This document shows, piece by piece, positions 1 through 9,697 of a stretch of DNA of 64,000 nucleotides (its first letter is position 1; each line of letters starts with the position of its first letter). Below the pieces are notes generated by a model. The model was given only the letters and a program-made list of their open reading frames with translations. It was not told the DNA's origin and made no database searches. The position numbers and the translations under genes are program-made. Source of the stretch: Escherichia phage vB_EcoM-Ro157c2YLVW; the sequence record NC_050153.1; one strand, 5' to 3'.

Positions 1-60
1 TGTCGTGCTGCATTAACGGAACTGCAAGAAAACACCACGGAAGAAGTGGAAAGTGATTAA
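1..60 (+). CDS. 3' end of an ORF entering from upstream of the window (partial)
   Basis: Open frame from the window edge to TAA at 58-60, immediately followed by a terminator hairpin. Confidence 0.3.
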   Translation, partial: CRAALTELQENTTEEVESD

Positions 61-63
61 AAA

Positions 64-95
64 GAACCCGCCAATTGGCGGGTTCTTTATTTATT
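64..95 (+). terminator. rho-independent terminator
   Basis: 9-bp stem GAACCCGCC/GGCGGGTTC with AATT loop, followed by TTTATTTATT. Confidence 0.7.
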
Positions 96-306
96 GAATT
101 AGCATTCAACTCCCGATTGTTATAGCGAACACTATGTAACAGAATAATATTATTAACATTTTAGTAATAAGTTGATTATTCATCTTCTGTATTCGCAAAG
201 CGTAAGTATTGCTCATAGTTTCTTATTCCAGTACATTGTGATTCGTTGAGGCAAAAGAATAGTGGCAATTCTACTGGCAATAAACTCAAGTAAGAGGTTG
301 TAAACA

Positions 307-594
307 ATGGAAAAACTGAACAATTTCTTAGACAAAATATCCACCACAAACACTCGCGCAGGCCACACTATTACCCGCATAGCTAAGCTAAGCGATGCGG
401 GTGTCAGTGATGACGTAATCGCACTTCAACTGTCCAGTAACAGTGCAAATGGCTTCCGATATACAGCAGATGAAATAAAAGCGTATAAGAAGCTCCACAA
501 TGATGTAAAAACTAAAGTGGGAATTACATCCAAACAAACAAAAGCATTAATCAAAGATCAAGAGCTGACTTTTGTTGCATTGCCTCAAAACTAA
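307..594 (+). CDS. hypothetical 95-aa protein (moron in AT-rich island)
   Basis: ATG preceded by AAGAGG Shine-Dalgarno; isolated ORF in AT-rich DNA bracketed by a terminator (64-95) and an inverted repeat (623-668); no family recognised. Confidence 0.55.
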   Translation: MEKLNNFLDKISTTNTRAGHTITRIAKLSDAGVSDDVIALQLSSNSANGFRYTADEIKAYKKLHNDVKTKVGITSKQTKALIKDQELTFVALPQN

Positions 595-622
595 ATTTGT
601 TTAAAGCTATAGCTAACAAAGA

Positions 623-668
623 GTTATAAGAGCGATAGTGATAAATTTATCATTGTCGCTCTTATAAC
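623..668. repeat. 46-bp inverted repeat between convergent genes (putative bidirectional terminator or operator)
   Basis: GTTATAAGAGCGA ... TCGCTCTTATAAC arms around an inner palindrome TGATAAATTTATCA. Confidence 0.5.
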
Positions 669-797
669 CTTGTTAAAGATAAGAATATAACCCAAAAGAT
701 ATACATGGGTTATTAAGGCCATAATTATCAGGCAAATAACATGAAGTCGTCTATGTGATGGATGAAATTTGAACAATCAATTCTATGCCAATTCCTG

Positions 798-1118
798 TCA
801 ATACAAGAGTTGGTTGACTGTTTCATCACTAAAACCCTCTTCATCGTCATCATCATCCTCATCGCCACCATCTACTGCTGGCCAATCAACAAACCAGCCA
901 GCGTAAAGATGCAGCGTTCGGAGAACATCACTTGCGGGAGCATCAAGGGTGTTAACGAATCCCATATAGCTATTGGGATTTGCCCCAGCTATGGCTTCAG
1001 CGATCATGTCCTCGGTAATGTCACCGGAGATAATGCTTAAACGCCCGGAAACTTCTTCATTATCATCAAATTCGATAATGGCATCTCCACCTAATGGCGC
1101 TGCGATTTTAATCTGCAT
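798..1118 (-). CDS. small acidic protein (Asp/Glu-rich C-terminus), last gene of the darA-type operon
   Basis: 106-aa ORF; start overlaps the stop of the upstream 995-aa gene by 11 nt (operon coupling); run DGGDEDDDDDEEG. Confidence 0.6.
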   Translation of the reverse strand: MQIKIAAPLGGDAIIEFDDNEEVSGRLSIISGDITEDMIAEAIAGANPNSYMGFVNTLDAPASDVLRTLHLYAGWFVDWPAVDGGDEDDDDDEEGFSDETVNQLLY

Positions 1119-4095
1119 TATTTAGCTCCTTTGCCACACCTAATAACAGTTCCAGCAATCCGTCACCATTCATCAGTGATGCGGCAGCGGCCTCTTTGTC
1201 ATGATACAACTGAAGAGCCATAGAGAATACTTCCGTTGCTGACGTTTTGGAAATAGTCGGTGATTTCTGCCGAATTTTCCCGGTGTTACTTACTGAGGCT
1301 GGCGGGTATACCTTCGCCATATAAATATTACTCAATCGAGATCTGAAGCACCATTCAGGCTTGCCACGCCCACCGATATTGACGAAAGATGGCTTATCCC
1401 CTTCAACATTGGCCTTCAGGAATGACCGGGCTTTCTCTAACAAACCTGGGTTACTGTACTCAAGATGATGACCCAGCTCGTGCCACAGTGCACTTGCATT
1501 TTCATCGTTCAAATTGACAGCAACAACACCATTAAGATTTGCATATGCCCTTCCCTGGTGGTGAACCACCTTTGATAAGGTCGAAATTTTACCGCCGGTC
1601 AGGCGATAAATATCAGCAAGTTCCTTGCGCAGGTCTATCCCACCATTCTGTCCAGCGCGGGCTTCTTCCACTTCTTCCGTGATAAAAGAGTCGGCCCACT
1701 CAAGAGCTTTTTCTTCAGATACGGATGAGTTGGCGATCGCACTGTTCATGGCGGATAACACTTTCTCGTGGACCGAACCCATACTTCGCTGATTCATTTG
1801 CCAGCGTGTCTGCGGGTTATATGAGAATCGCTTAAGTAGTTGGTCAAGATGCTCAAGTTCTTCTTCGCTGACATACTTTTTAGCCTCACCAATAATGCCG
1901 GGGAGAATATTGCCGTTAGGATTAAACGCTCGCGAAAGGAAGTGTTTCAGCGCCCCCATGCCCTCCGATGCTTCAATATCACCAATAACCCGGTTAACAA
2001 TGGCCGCACTCTTCGGATTAGCATCCGCCAACGCTCTGACTACAATTTGCAGGGACGATACGACCTCACGCTGCATATCCGTCCTGATCTCATCAATAAA
2101 CTCTGGCGTTATGCCGTGCTCTTTAAGGATATCCCTGCCTTCCGCCGTTACCCCATCGATATCACCGACATGTTTATTAACCCGACTTTGCAATGCCTTA
2201 AATGCCTTCAGAATTCCACGGGCATCATCCGCTTTACTAACGGCCTTCCTGAATGCTGGCAAGAAGTCTGAGTTAACCTCATTTTGTTGATCGGCCCACT
2301 GAATGGAGGCTTCTTTCATCTCGTCCAGAGTCAGATCACCCAACGCGGTATGGTCTGTGAATATGAGCGATAACCTCTGAACCATTTCTGCCAATGGTGA
2401 TGCCGAATGCGCCGCGCTAAGGAATGCTTTCACCCTGGTTGGGCGAATGGAAAACCAGTCAATAGCTGGTGGCATATCTCCGTTTTTTATCGCCTGCGCT
2501 ATCTCGTCAAAGCCATCGCGCCCAAGGGAGGATGCGTGATTTAACAAGCCGCGAAGTAACGAATTGCTGATACCGAATAATCGGCACCATTTTTTCACGT
2601 CGGCAACAGGCATTCGAACAAAATGCGCAAGCACTTGAACAAGCTGTTCATCCTGGGGATCTGTACGGGAAAGCAGCCTGATCAGATGAATAATGTCTTT
2701 GATGCCGGATGCCCGATGTAATAGCAAACTGGTATACGGAGCAACACCGTTGTAACTACCGCCGGAAACGGACTCGAAAAGACCGCCGGATATCCCTTGC
2801 ATGCCTTCGTTTTCCAGTTCCTGAGACACCTGGCGAAGGATATCCTGTAACGACACATCGCCGCCGCCAAACATATCCCCCAGCGCCTGGCCCTGGTGCT
2901 GTAACTCATCATTGATACGTTGCGCCATCAACTTAAAGGCGGTGGCCATACGCTTCGCGCTACGGTTATTCGCGACGATGAACAACGCGAGTGCTTTCAC
3001 TTCCGGGGCCGTTTCGCTGAACATATCCCCCTGAGCAATAACATCGGTAATATGCTGGCCTGACTCCTTCGATTGCCTTACCAGGTCTACCGCATCTTTC
3101 AATGCCGCCAGCGCCTTTTTATCGAGGCTATCCGCTGTCTCAATGCCATCAACAATAGTTGTCACAGCCTGCTTGTGCGCTTCTCCTGATAAAGCCTGCA
3201 TCTGGACAAAATCATTGGCTGCCGCATTAAGCGCCGTCAGAACATTACGCATATCCGGATCAGGTTCTTCTGCAACCATCCTTACCAGGCGCGCATCCTT
3301 ATATGCCTTGGCAAAGATCGCGTTTTGTATACGGTCTACAAGTTGCCGTGTTGGTCGCCCATCTTCAGTTACAAGGCCAGCCGCCTGTGTGGCACCAACT
3401 TGCGTCATAAATCCGCGAATAAACGCGTCATTACTGCGGCTAAGCAGATCTCCGCTTTCTGACGGGTTAAAAAGCGCCATCATCGCCGGTGTTATGCTGT
3501 CGGCATCAACAAAAGCCTTTTCACTGGCTGCCATTTCCTGAAGATCAGAAATATTTGAGTCCTTGGCAAACTGAACGCGGTCAACCTTAGTTAACCGGCG
3601 GCGCACCAGTACCGGAGCCGTCATTGATTCAACCTTTTCAGGTCGTATGCCGAATTCGGTCGCATGATCAATCAGGTACTCACGATACCGATCCGCATTG
3701 CCGTCCTGATAGGCTTTGATGATCCCCATGGTCCGTCCATTACCTGACTCAACGGCATTGTCCTCACCAATTATCGGCGCACCATGGCTGGATAAACCGG
3801 AATCAGTAAGCTGAGCAGGCCGCAAATCTTTGGATATCTGGTTAACCTGAAGAAGGCTGGATGCGCGGGTCCGGTCGCGCGGCTGAAGTTCCTGGGGATA
3901 GTCAGGATTAATTTTCCCATCCAGAGTATTGGATACCAAAAGAGCTGAGGCATCGACGATATCAAACGCTGTTTTTACCTCGTCTCCCTTCGCTGTCACC
4001 ACATACGAAACCCGCCCATAATCGGGCAGGTTCTTTAGCAGCTCGATCAGCGTTTCTATGCTGGTGGCCATTACCACCTGATCGCTTAAGCTCAT
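1108..4095 (-). CDS. large virion/antirestriction-operon protein (DdrB-like) with C-terminal HExxH zincin-like motif
   Basis: 995-aa ORF; motif WHELGHHLEY near C-terminus; position downstream of DarA/DdrA-like genes matches the P1 darA operon order as recalled. Confidence 0.6.
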   Translation of the reverse strand: MSLSDQVVMATSIETLIELLKNLPDYGRVSYVVTAKGDEVKTAFDIVDASALLVSNTLDGKINPDYPQELQPRDRTRASSLLQVNQISKDLRPAQLTDSGLSSHGAPIIGEDNAVESGNGRTMGIIKAYQDGNADRYREYLIDHATEFGIRPEKVESMTAPVLVRRRLTKVDRVQFAKDSNISDLQEMAASEKAFVDADSITPAMMALFNPSESGDLLSRSNDAFIRGFMTQVGATQAAGLVTEDGRPTRQLVDRIQNAIFAKAYKDARLVRMVAEEPDPDMRNVLTALNAAANDFVQMQALSGEAHKQAVTTIVDGIETADSLDKKALAALKDAVDLVRQSKESGQHITDVIAQGDMFSETAPEVKALALFIVANNRSAKRMATAFKLMAQRINDELQHQGQALGDMFGGGDVSLQDILRQVSQELENEGMQGISGGLFESVSGGSYNGVAPYTSLLLHRASGIKDIIHLIRLLSRTDPQDEQLVQVLAHFVRMPVADVKKWCRLFGISNSLLRGLLNHASSLGRDGFDEIAQAIKNGDMPPAIDWFSIRPTRVKAFLSAAHSASPLAEMVQRLSLIFTDHTALGDLTLDEMKEASIQWADQQNEVNSDFLPAFRKAVSKADDARGILKAFKALQSRVNKHVGDIDGVTAEGRDILKEHGITPEFIDEIRTDMQREVVSSLQIVVRALADANPKSAAIVNRVIGDIEASEGMGALKHFLSRAFNPNGNILPGIIGEAKKYVSEEELEHLDQLLKRFSYNPQTRWQMNQRSMGSVHEKVLSAMNSAIANSSVSEEKALEWADSFITEEVEEARAGQNGGIDLRKELADIYRLTGGKISTLSKVVHHQGRAYANLNGVVAVNLNDENASALWHELGHHLEYSNPGLLEKARSFLKANVEGDKPSFVNIGGRGKPEWCFRSRLSNIYMAKVYPPASVSNTGKIRQKSPTISKTSATEVFSMALQLYHDKEAAAASLMNGDGLLELLLGVAKELNNAD

Positions 4096-4107
4096 CCCTG
4101 TTACGCC

Positions 4108-4473
4108 TTATGCTGCCTCTTTAATGTTGGCGGCTATCCATGCCGCCGTGTGCTGTTTAACCTGGTCCAGGTCGATGTATGTGCCAACATATTGACTCAA
4201 ATCCTGCAAGGTACCGATAAATGCATCGGTGCTCTGATCGACGAATTTATCAGCCAGGAAATCAGCAACCAGTTTTGGCACACCATCATGTACCGAAGGT
4301 TGTTTTTCCTCGCCACTACTGCCGCCGGACACACCGTACCCCATCTGTTGCATGATCTGGTCAATTTCATCGCTGATATCCAGCAACTCCATGCCACTCG
4401 CGGTAGCCGCTTTGGACATCAGAGCATCCAACTTATCGCTGAGATCCATTAACTCAATAGCTGATAGTGTCAT
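4108..4473 (-). CDS. DdrA-like small protein of the darA operon
   Basis: 121-aa ORF; start overlaps DarA stop (4470-4473). Confidence 0.5.
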   Translation of the reverse strand: MTLSAIELMDLSDKLDALMSKAATASGMELLDISDEIDQIMQQMGYGVSGGSSGEEKQPSVHDGVPKLVADFLADKFVDQSTDAFIGTLQDLSQYVGTYIDLDQVKQHTAAWIAANIKEAA

Positions 4474-6389
4474 GCCGCTACCCCCGCTTTCTGGATTGCT
4501 ACCAGCAGATCAGCCAGGTGGCGAGCAGCGCCATTAACCAGCTCTTCGTTTTCCTCAAAACGCCCGGCAGCCTGAAGGGCTGCAATCGCTTCCCGGACAT
4601 TACCCCGGGCGTTACGGATCTCCGCCATGTCAGTGCTTTGCATATCCATCACGTTATTGAGATATTCAATGGCTTTATTAGCCTCTGCATCTGCTTCGCT
4701 AACCGTTTCATCAGGCTGTGCCGGGGCAGGTTCTGGCTGAGTAATCTCACCGACTTCGGCCTGCAATGCATTGATCATGCTCTGCACCATTTTCTCGGTG
4801 CCAGCGCCCCCCGGAAACGCAATATTGGGGAAAGTTTTTTGAAACTGAGTTTTCAGCATTACGCGGAACTCGTCTGGTGAGCTGGTGGCCAGCTCCAGAG
4901 CTTTTTGTGCATATTTGCCAAACGGACCATTAGTAAGTGTCTTCGCCAGGAAGTCGAAAGAATCCTCGCGAGGCAATAACTTCAGGTCGTACTCACTCAT
5001 TTGCTGATCAGAAAGCGGGGTATCGTAAGTAGCAATGCCGTAGCGTGCATATTCATAATACGGGTCACCTTCATCAGGGCGAGGCAGAATTGCTTTGTTA
5101 CCTTCAGGTATTGCGCCAGGGGCCGCCGGACGCATTTGCAGGGCATATCGATATGCACCTACAGAGACTTCTGGTTCAGGCGAAGAGCTACCGGTATCCT
5201 CCGCTGGTTCAGGTTCGACGTTTTCCGGTTTATGTTCTTCTGGTTGGACTAGGTATTCCGATACATTACCCGCTTTATAGGCTTTAAACAGCTTGCCGAT
5301 CGCATCTGCCATGTCCACACCCTGTATGGATTTAGCCTTGATCATGTACACGCTGCCATCCGAATCGGTTAACTGGATATACCCTTCGCCGTCCTCAATG
5401 AATTGCTTCATTGATGCACCATTACTGAGCGTCACTTCCCCGTTCATATGCATACGATTTTTGATACTGGCAAGGCGATCCGTCATCGCGCGAGAGTGTC
5501 CACCAGTCATCCCCGCAGGAGCAATGGTATCGCGCCCACCAGTGCGATTGAGCTGATCAATCTCCGTCTGCAAACGCTCATTCTCTTCATAAAGAGAATC
5601 CGCTTCCGATGCAACAGCGTTAATTTTCTGCTCCAGATCTACCTTCTGCCCTTCTACCGCTGCCACCTGATCCACGAGGTCGCTCATGGCATCCTCTTTC
5701 TGGTCACTGTCAGCCTGTAGTTGGGTTATTTCATCAACAAGGGCTTTTTTCTTCTTCTGCGCACGCTGAAATTTTGCCGAGTTTTTCTCTGCAAGGTTGG
5801 CAAGTTTCATGGTGACCTGCGCCAGCGTCATATCACGTCCACTCATCGGAGCAACGGTGTGAGTAACGTCTTTTTTATTCAGTAAGAACTGGAAAGCAAC
5901 CAGCGTATCGCTATTGGTGATCCGGTTTTCCGCTGTCGGGCTATGAAACAGAATGCTGATAGTCTGACCATCACTGAGCGGAATAATGGCTGGCAGGACC
6001 GGCAGCCCGTTAACGTTACGTGCCCGGCCAATTTCAGCACCGCCGATCGCGCGCGCGCCGCTCTGGGCCACATCCCCCGTTTTATCACTCCCCGCAGAGA
6101 TTCCGGTACCATTCAGCTTCTGGTTCAATGCCCGGACAAATGCCTGCATGGTCCGGTGTAACTGCAAACGAGTAGAACTAATCGCCTCCAGTAAATCCGT
6201 AGCACACCAGTGGATCGGCGTGTCATAGAAGAACGTAGCCTCGATTTCCTCCAGGGTGTTGGATTCCGTCATCAGATAGCGGTCCTCACCGGCCATTAAT
6301 GCGCGATATTCATCATCAGTCACTGGCGGGGGAAGCACGTCAAGCCCAGGCTTGATCGTCACCCCTTTATTGATATTGAACTGTTCCAT
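4470..6389 (-). CDS. darA: DarA-like defence-against-restriction / head-associated protein
   Basis: 639-aa ORF with coiled-coil region; shares a paralogous segment (motif KNSAKFQ and flanking residues) with the adjacent 203-aa Hdf-like protein; length and operon position match P1 DarA as recalled. Confidence 0.6.
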   Translation of the reverse strand: MEQFNINKGVTIKPGLDVLPPPVTDDEYRALMAGEDRYLMTESNTLEEIEATFFYDTPIHWCATDLLEAISSTRLQLHRTMQAFVRALNQKLNGTGISAGSDKTGDVAQSGARAIGGAEIGRARNVNGLPVLPAIIPLSDGQTISILFHSPTAENRITNSDTLVAFQFLLNKKDVTHTVAPMSGRDMTLAQVTMKLANLAEKNSAKFQRAQKKKKALVDEITQLQADSDQKEDAMSDLVDQVAAVEGQKVDLEQKINAVASEADSLYEENERLQTEIDQLNRTGGRDTIAPAGMTGGHSRAMTDRLASIKNRMHMNGEVTLSNGASMKQFIEDGEGYIQLTDSDGSVYMIKAKSIQGVDMADAIGKLFKAYKAGNVSEYLVQPEEHKPENVEPEPAEDTGSSSPEPEVSVGAYRYALQMRPAAPGAIPEGNKAILPRPDEGDPYYEYARYGIATYDTPLSDQQMSEYDLKLLPREDSFDFLAKTLTNGPFGKYAQKALELATSSPDEFRVMLKTQFQKTFPNIAFPGGAGTEKMVQSMINALQAEVGEITQPEPAPAQPDETVSEADAEANKAIEYLNNVMDMQSTDMAEIRNARGNVREAIAALQAAGRFEENEELVNGAARHLADLLVAIQKAGVAA

Positions 6390-6390
6390 G

Positions 6391-7002
6391 TTAATTTCCT
6401 GCTTTCAGTTGCTTAAGACGGCGTTTGAGTTCGCCATTTCGGGCCTTTTCGTTATTGAGTCGGCCTGTCTCCTTATCCAGCTTCGCCCGCAAATCAGTGA
6501 TCTGCTGTTGATTGAAAGACACCGAGTTCTGCGCTGATTTATAAGCGGCAACCACCTGAGCATTCCGCTGTTTTGCCTCTTGCAGGCGCTGAAAGTTGGA
6601 TTTTACTGCCGGTTTCTTGTCTACCGGATTGGCAACACGTTTCGCTTTGGCGATCAGTGATTTCTGGAATTTTGCGGAGTTTTTGCGGGCCGCTTGCCCC
6701 ATGACGGTACCAAGCGTCTTGATATCCGGCGACTGAGCGTTAGGAATAGCTTTTCCATTCAGCCTCACAGACGATATATCGCCAGTATCGTTTACCTGTA
6801 TGGCAAGAATTTGTCCGTCGTTAAGAACCAGCTTTGCGGTTTTAACTTTAACGCCATCTTTCGTTGTTGCGCGGTTGCTGGAGTCAACCTCAATTACCGT
6901 AACACCGGTTTTATTGATCGCCGCGATAAGGGATTTCAGCCCCTTTTCATTAACCTGGTCAAAATCGACCGTTGCATACTTATTTTTCGTCATCTGACAC
7001 AT
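6391..7002 (-). CDS. hdf: Hdf-like protein (homolog of DarA fragment)
   Basis: 203-aa ORF; internal segment ...AARKNSAKFQKSL... is paralogous to DarA residues around ...AEKNSAKFQRAQ... Confidence 0.55.
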   Translation of the reverse strand: MCQMTKNKYATVDFDQVNEKGLKSLIAAINKTGVTVIEVDSSNRATTKDGVKVKTAKLVLNDGQILAIQVNDTGDISSVRLNGKAIPNAQSPDIKTLGTVMGQAARKNSAKFQKSLIAKAKRVANPVDKKPAVKSNFQRLQEAKQRNAQVVAAYKSAQNSVSFNQQQITDLRAKLDKETGRLNNEKARNGELKRRLKQLKAGN

Positions 7003-7423
7003 CCTGTGCGAGATTTATTACGTAACTTCTGCGGATTTGCTGAGTAACAGGGAAAATCCGATACAACGGGTTAATGAACGAGTCGCCATGCGTAACCATG
7101 ACGTTGAAATGCCACAGTCGCTCTCCTTTACCCATATATTCAGTGGGTATGTACAACCATTCACTGTTTTCGCCCTGTTCAGCCGACGTCAAACAACGTT
7201 GTTCGCCTTCAATCACTGTCGTCGGCTTCTGAACATCGCGGATCCAATATCTGACTGTTGCGCCGCGCAAAAACGGGAATTTAGACCGGTATTTGAACGG
7301 CACCCGGATGAAACCCGGTTTAATTTCCACATCACCAAGTTCTAAATGCGTGATGTCCTTGCGTTTTAGCAAATAGCGATCGGCTAAGGCTAACGCAAGA
7401 ACGCATACACCCCAGCCAATCAT
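6980..7423 (-). CDS. LydB-like protein (putative antiholin/lysis regulator)
   Basis: 147-aa ORF immediately downstream of and overlapping the holin gene; position-based call. Confidence 0.45.
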   Translation of the reverse strand: MIGWGVCVLALALADRYLLKRKDITHLELGDVEIKPGFIRVPFKYRSKFPFLRGATVRYWIRDVQKPTTVIEGEQRCLTSAEQGENSEWLYIPTEYMGKGERLWHFNVMVTHGDSFINPLYRIFPVTQQIRRSYVINLAQDVSDDEK

Positions 7424-7749
7424 TTCCCGCCTCCCTTTTTCACCAAACTTGTAAGAACATTCAGAATGCTATCGATATTCACTCGTTTCATCCCTGAAAT
7501 CACCTCATGACCGTTATTGCTGGCTATCGTTACCATTAAGTACGTAATTGATAACTCCCAGCCCTCGTGTTGCCCCAATAGGTACGCCACCGCGCCAGCT
7601 GTCACTGCAACAAAGATCTCCGTAACCAATCCCAACAAATTGCCAGACTGGCGACCGTCTCGGACATCCATCAGGAACGTGCCTATCCCACCAATTACTG
7701 AAAGCAGGAGCGCAATAGCAACTGGAGCTAATTCCTGTGTGTCAAGCAC
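7420..7749 (-). CDS. lydA: holin (LydA-like), three predicted transmembrane segments
   Basis: 109-aa ORF, GTG start with GGAGGG RBS; hydrophobic stretches LAPVAIALLLSVIGGIGTFLM, IFVAVTAGAVAYLLG, LSITYLMVTIA; charged C-terminus. Confidence 0.6.
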   Translation of the reverse strand: MLDTQELAPVAIALLLSVIGGIGTFLMDVRDGRQSGNLLGLVTEIFVAVTAGAVAYLLGQHEGWELSITYLMVTIASNNGHEVISGMKRVNIDSILNVLTSLVKKGGGK

Positions 7750-8018
7750 AAGTTCCCTCCTACGTTGTCAGGAGGTAATGGTATGCAAAGTAACTTCTCA
7801 ACCGGTCATGCAAAGACAACAAGCGGAAAAAGAAAAGCAAAGCCTGCTACAACTCGTCAGGGATAAAACTCAGCTCTGGGACTCACAGTTACGGCTAGGC
7901 ATTATTTCCGTTCAGGGTAAACAAAAATTAACCGAGTGGATTCTCTATGCGCAGAAAGTCGAATCCACGGATACCTCCATCCTTCCAGTAACGTTTCCCG
8001 AAAAGCCGGAATGAGGAA

Positions 8019-8036
8019 AGGCCCGGGATCGGGCCT
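8019..8036. terminator. GC hairpin bounding the AT-rich moron (bidirectional terminator candidate)
   Basis: AGGCCCG-GGAT-CGGGCCT perfect stem, followed by TAATTAAT. Confidence 0.45.
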
Positions 8037-8502
8037 TAATTAATATCTATAATCCCAACAAATAAGGGCTAACAATTTTGTTAATTTTCTCTGGATATAA
8101 TGCATGTGCTTTAATATACCTGAAGTTATATTAAAGAGCGTCATGTAAAAATTAAATAAATCAATTAAATCTATTTTCAATAGACAAATCAAAATTTTTA
8201 ACAGATATGTATAGAAATGGCAAGCCATAAATTAATAATGACATCCTTAATAAGCCCAAAGAAACACTGAATAGATAAAATATAAATTATTGCATCCCAA
8301 AATACAGAAAGTAGTGGCAATCTTGCAACTTATTATCAATACAATATTGACATCCCTTTAGTGCTCAGTTTAAAATTAATATTTGTGTTTACATTGTGCG
8401 TTGGTTTAGTTTAGCAGGAACGCAGTAACACACTGATGCTTATTGTTTTAATTATAATGTCGATATATAACCATAGAAACCAAAAATATAGGCAGTTGCA
8501 AT

Positions 8503-9075
8503 ATGTTATGTTACTTAATAGCTATTCACTTTGTCATCTTTGGGAATTCAAAAGCTCTATTGAGCTATTGGATGGCTGAAGTCATCAGGCGAGAAAAAAT
8601 GGATGTTTGGCGACTATTAAGAGAGAAGAGGCAGCGCAATCGGAATTTCCTTTTCTGGTGGAGATTGGCTAATGAAATGCATATTAATGGTAATAAATTA
8701 CATAAGAAAGCAGCCAAAAAGTTAAACAGTAAAATAATTAACAAATTTGGTTGTGAAATTGGATTGGGCGCAAATATTGGAAAAGGGTTAACAATTCCCC
8801 ATCATGCTGGAATTGTTGTTCATTTTGCTGTTGATGCTGGTGAAAATCTGGTGTTACGACAGAATACGACCATTGGACAGATAGATGGTGACATACCTGG
8901 TTCAAGAGTAAAAATTGGTAGCAACGTTGATATCGGAGCTAATTGTTGCATCATTGGATTATCACGTAAAATTGGGGATAATGTAAAAATAGGTGCAATG
9001 TCTTTTATAAATAAAGATATACCATCGAACTGCACATATATTACTAAAAAGAGCGGTGTTGTATTGTATAAATAG
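8503..9075 (+). CDS. hexapeptide-repeat (left-handed beta-helix) acetyltransferase, CysE/WcaB/LacA-like
   Basis: 190-aa ORF in ~30% GC DNA; repeated [LIV]G-x4 hexapeptides (GLGANIGKGLTIPHHAGIVVHFAVDAGENLVL...IGSNVDIGANCCIIG...IGDNVKIGAMSF). Confidence 0.7.
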   Translation: MLCYLIAIHFVIFGNSKALLSYWMAEVIRREKMDVWRLLREKRQRNRNFLFWWRLANEMHINGNKLHKKAAKKLNSKIINKFGCEIGLGANIGKGLTIPHHAGIVVHFAVDAGENLVLRQNTTIGQIDGDIPGSRVKIGSNVDIGANCCIIGLSRKIGDNVKIGAMSFINKDIPSNCTYITKKSGVVLYK

Positions 9076-9082
9076 AGTACAT

Positions 9083-9120
9083 AAAGCCATCAATATTTCT
9101 ATCGATGGCTTTATCTTTTT
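9083..9120 (+). terminator. rho-independent terminator after the acetyltransferase gene
   Basis: Stem AAAGCCATC/GATGGCTTT followed by ATCTTTTT. Confidence 0.6.
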
Positions 9121-9697
9121 ATTGCGGGGCGACTGGCCACTCAACATCCGCTGCTACTGCTGTATCAACACGATTCAACAATACCCGATATGTCTTCCAT
9201 GCAGTCAGTAACGATGCCTCTTCCTCCGTCGCAATATCCAAATCTACGGCATCCTGAAGTGGCGCAATATGCTCACTGGCCATCTGCATCAGGCTGTTTT
9301 TTGTTTCTTCCGCCTTCCGGATCCGGAACAGTTTTTCTGCTTCTGCATCTTTCACCCAGGCTGTGCCGTTCCACTTCTGAAACTCCCCTTCCGGGGATAA
9401 CCAGGTGACATTTTCCGGTAATGGGCCAAGTTCAGAAATAAATAACGCGTCGCCGGAAGCCACGTCATAGACGGTTTTTCCCCGATGGTCTTCAACGAGA
9501 TTCCACGATGCCTCATCACTGTTGAAAACGGCCACGAAGCCAGCCGGAATATCTGGCGGGGCAATATCGGTACTGTTTGCAGGCAGACCTGTATGAGGTG
9601 GAATGTATGCATCACCTTCACCAATAAACTCATTGGTTCCGGTCAGTAGATTATAAATTTTTATGGTCCGTGATTGTTCACTCATTCTGAATGTCAT
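9119..9697 (-). CDS. tail fibre assembly protein (Tfa, U-like)
   Basis: 192-aa ORF directly downstream of the tail fibre gene (stop/start overlap); typical Tfa architecture with conserved N-terminus and variable C-terminus. Confidence 0.75.
   Translation of the reverse strand: MTFRMSEQSRTIKIYNLLTGTNEFIGEGDAYIPPHTGLPANSTDIAPPDIPAGFVAVFNSDEASWNLVEDHRGKTVYDVASGDALFISELGPLPENVTWLSPEGEFQKWNGTAWVKDAEAEKLFRIRKAEETKNSLMQMASEHIAPLQDAVDLDIATEEEASLLTAWKTYRVLLNRVDTAVAADVEWPVAPQ

Noticed and set aside
1840-2290. Plus-strand ORFs of 130-145 aa inside the 995-aa minus-strand gene (similar cases at 11498-11881, 17065-17544, 27051-27782, 41790-42278)
   Set aside because: Antisense shadow frames within well-supported long genes; no RBS and compositionally biased translations.
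7517-8014. 165-aa plus-strand ORF between the holin gene and the AT-rich island
   Set aside because: Runs antisense across the holin coding region and its promoter, has no RBS and a low-complexity translation; judged a shadow ORF.
8040-8228. 62-aa minus-strand ORF in the AT-rich island
   Set aside because: AT-rich DNA generates random open frames; no RBS, hydrophobic low-complexity translation, and it lies in the probable promoter region of the acetyltransferase gene.
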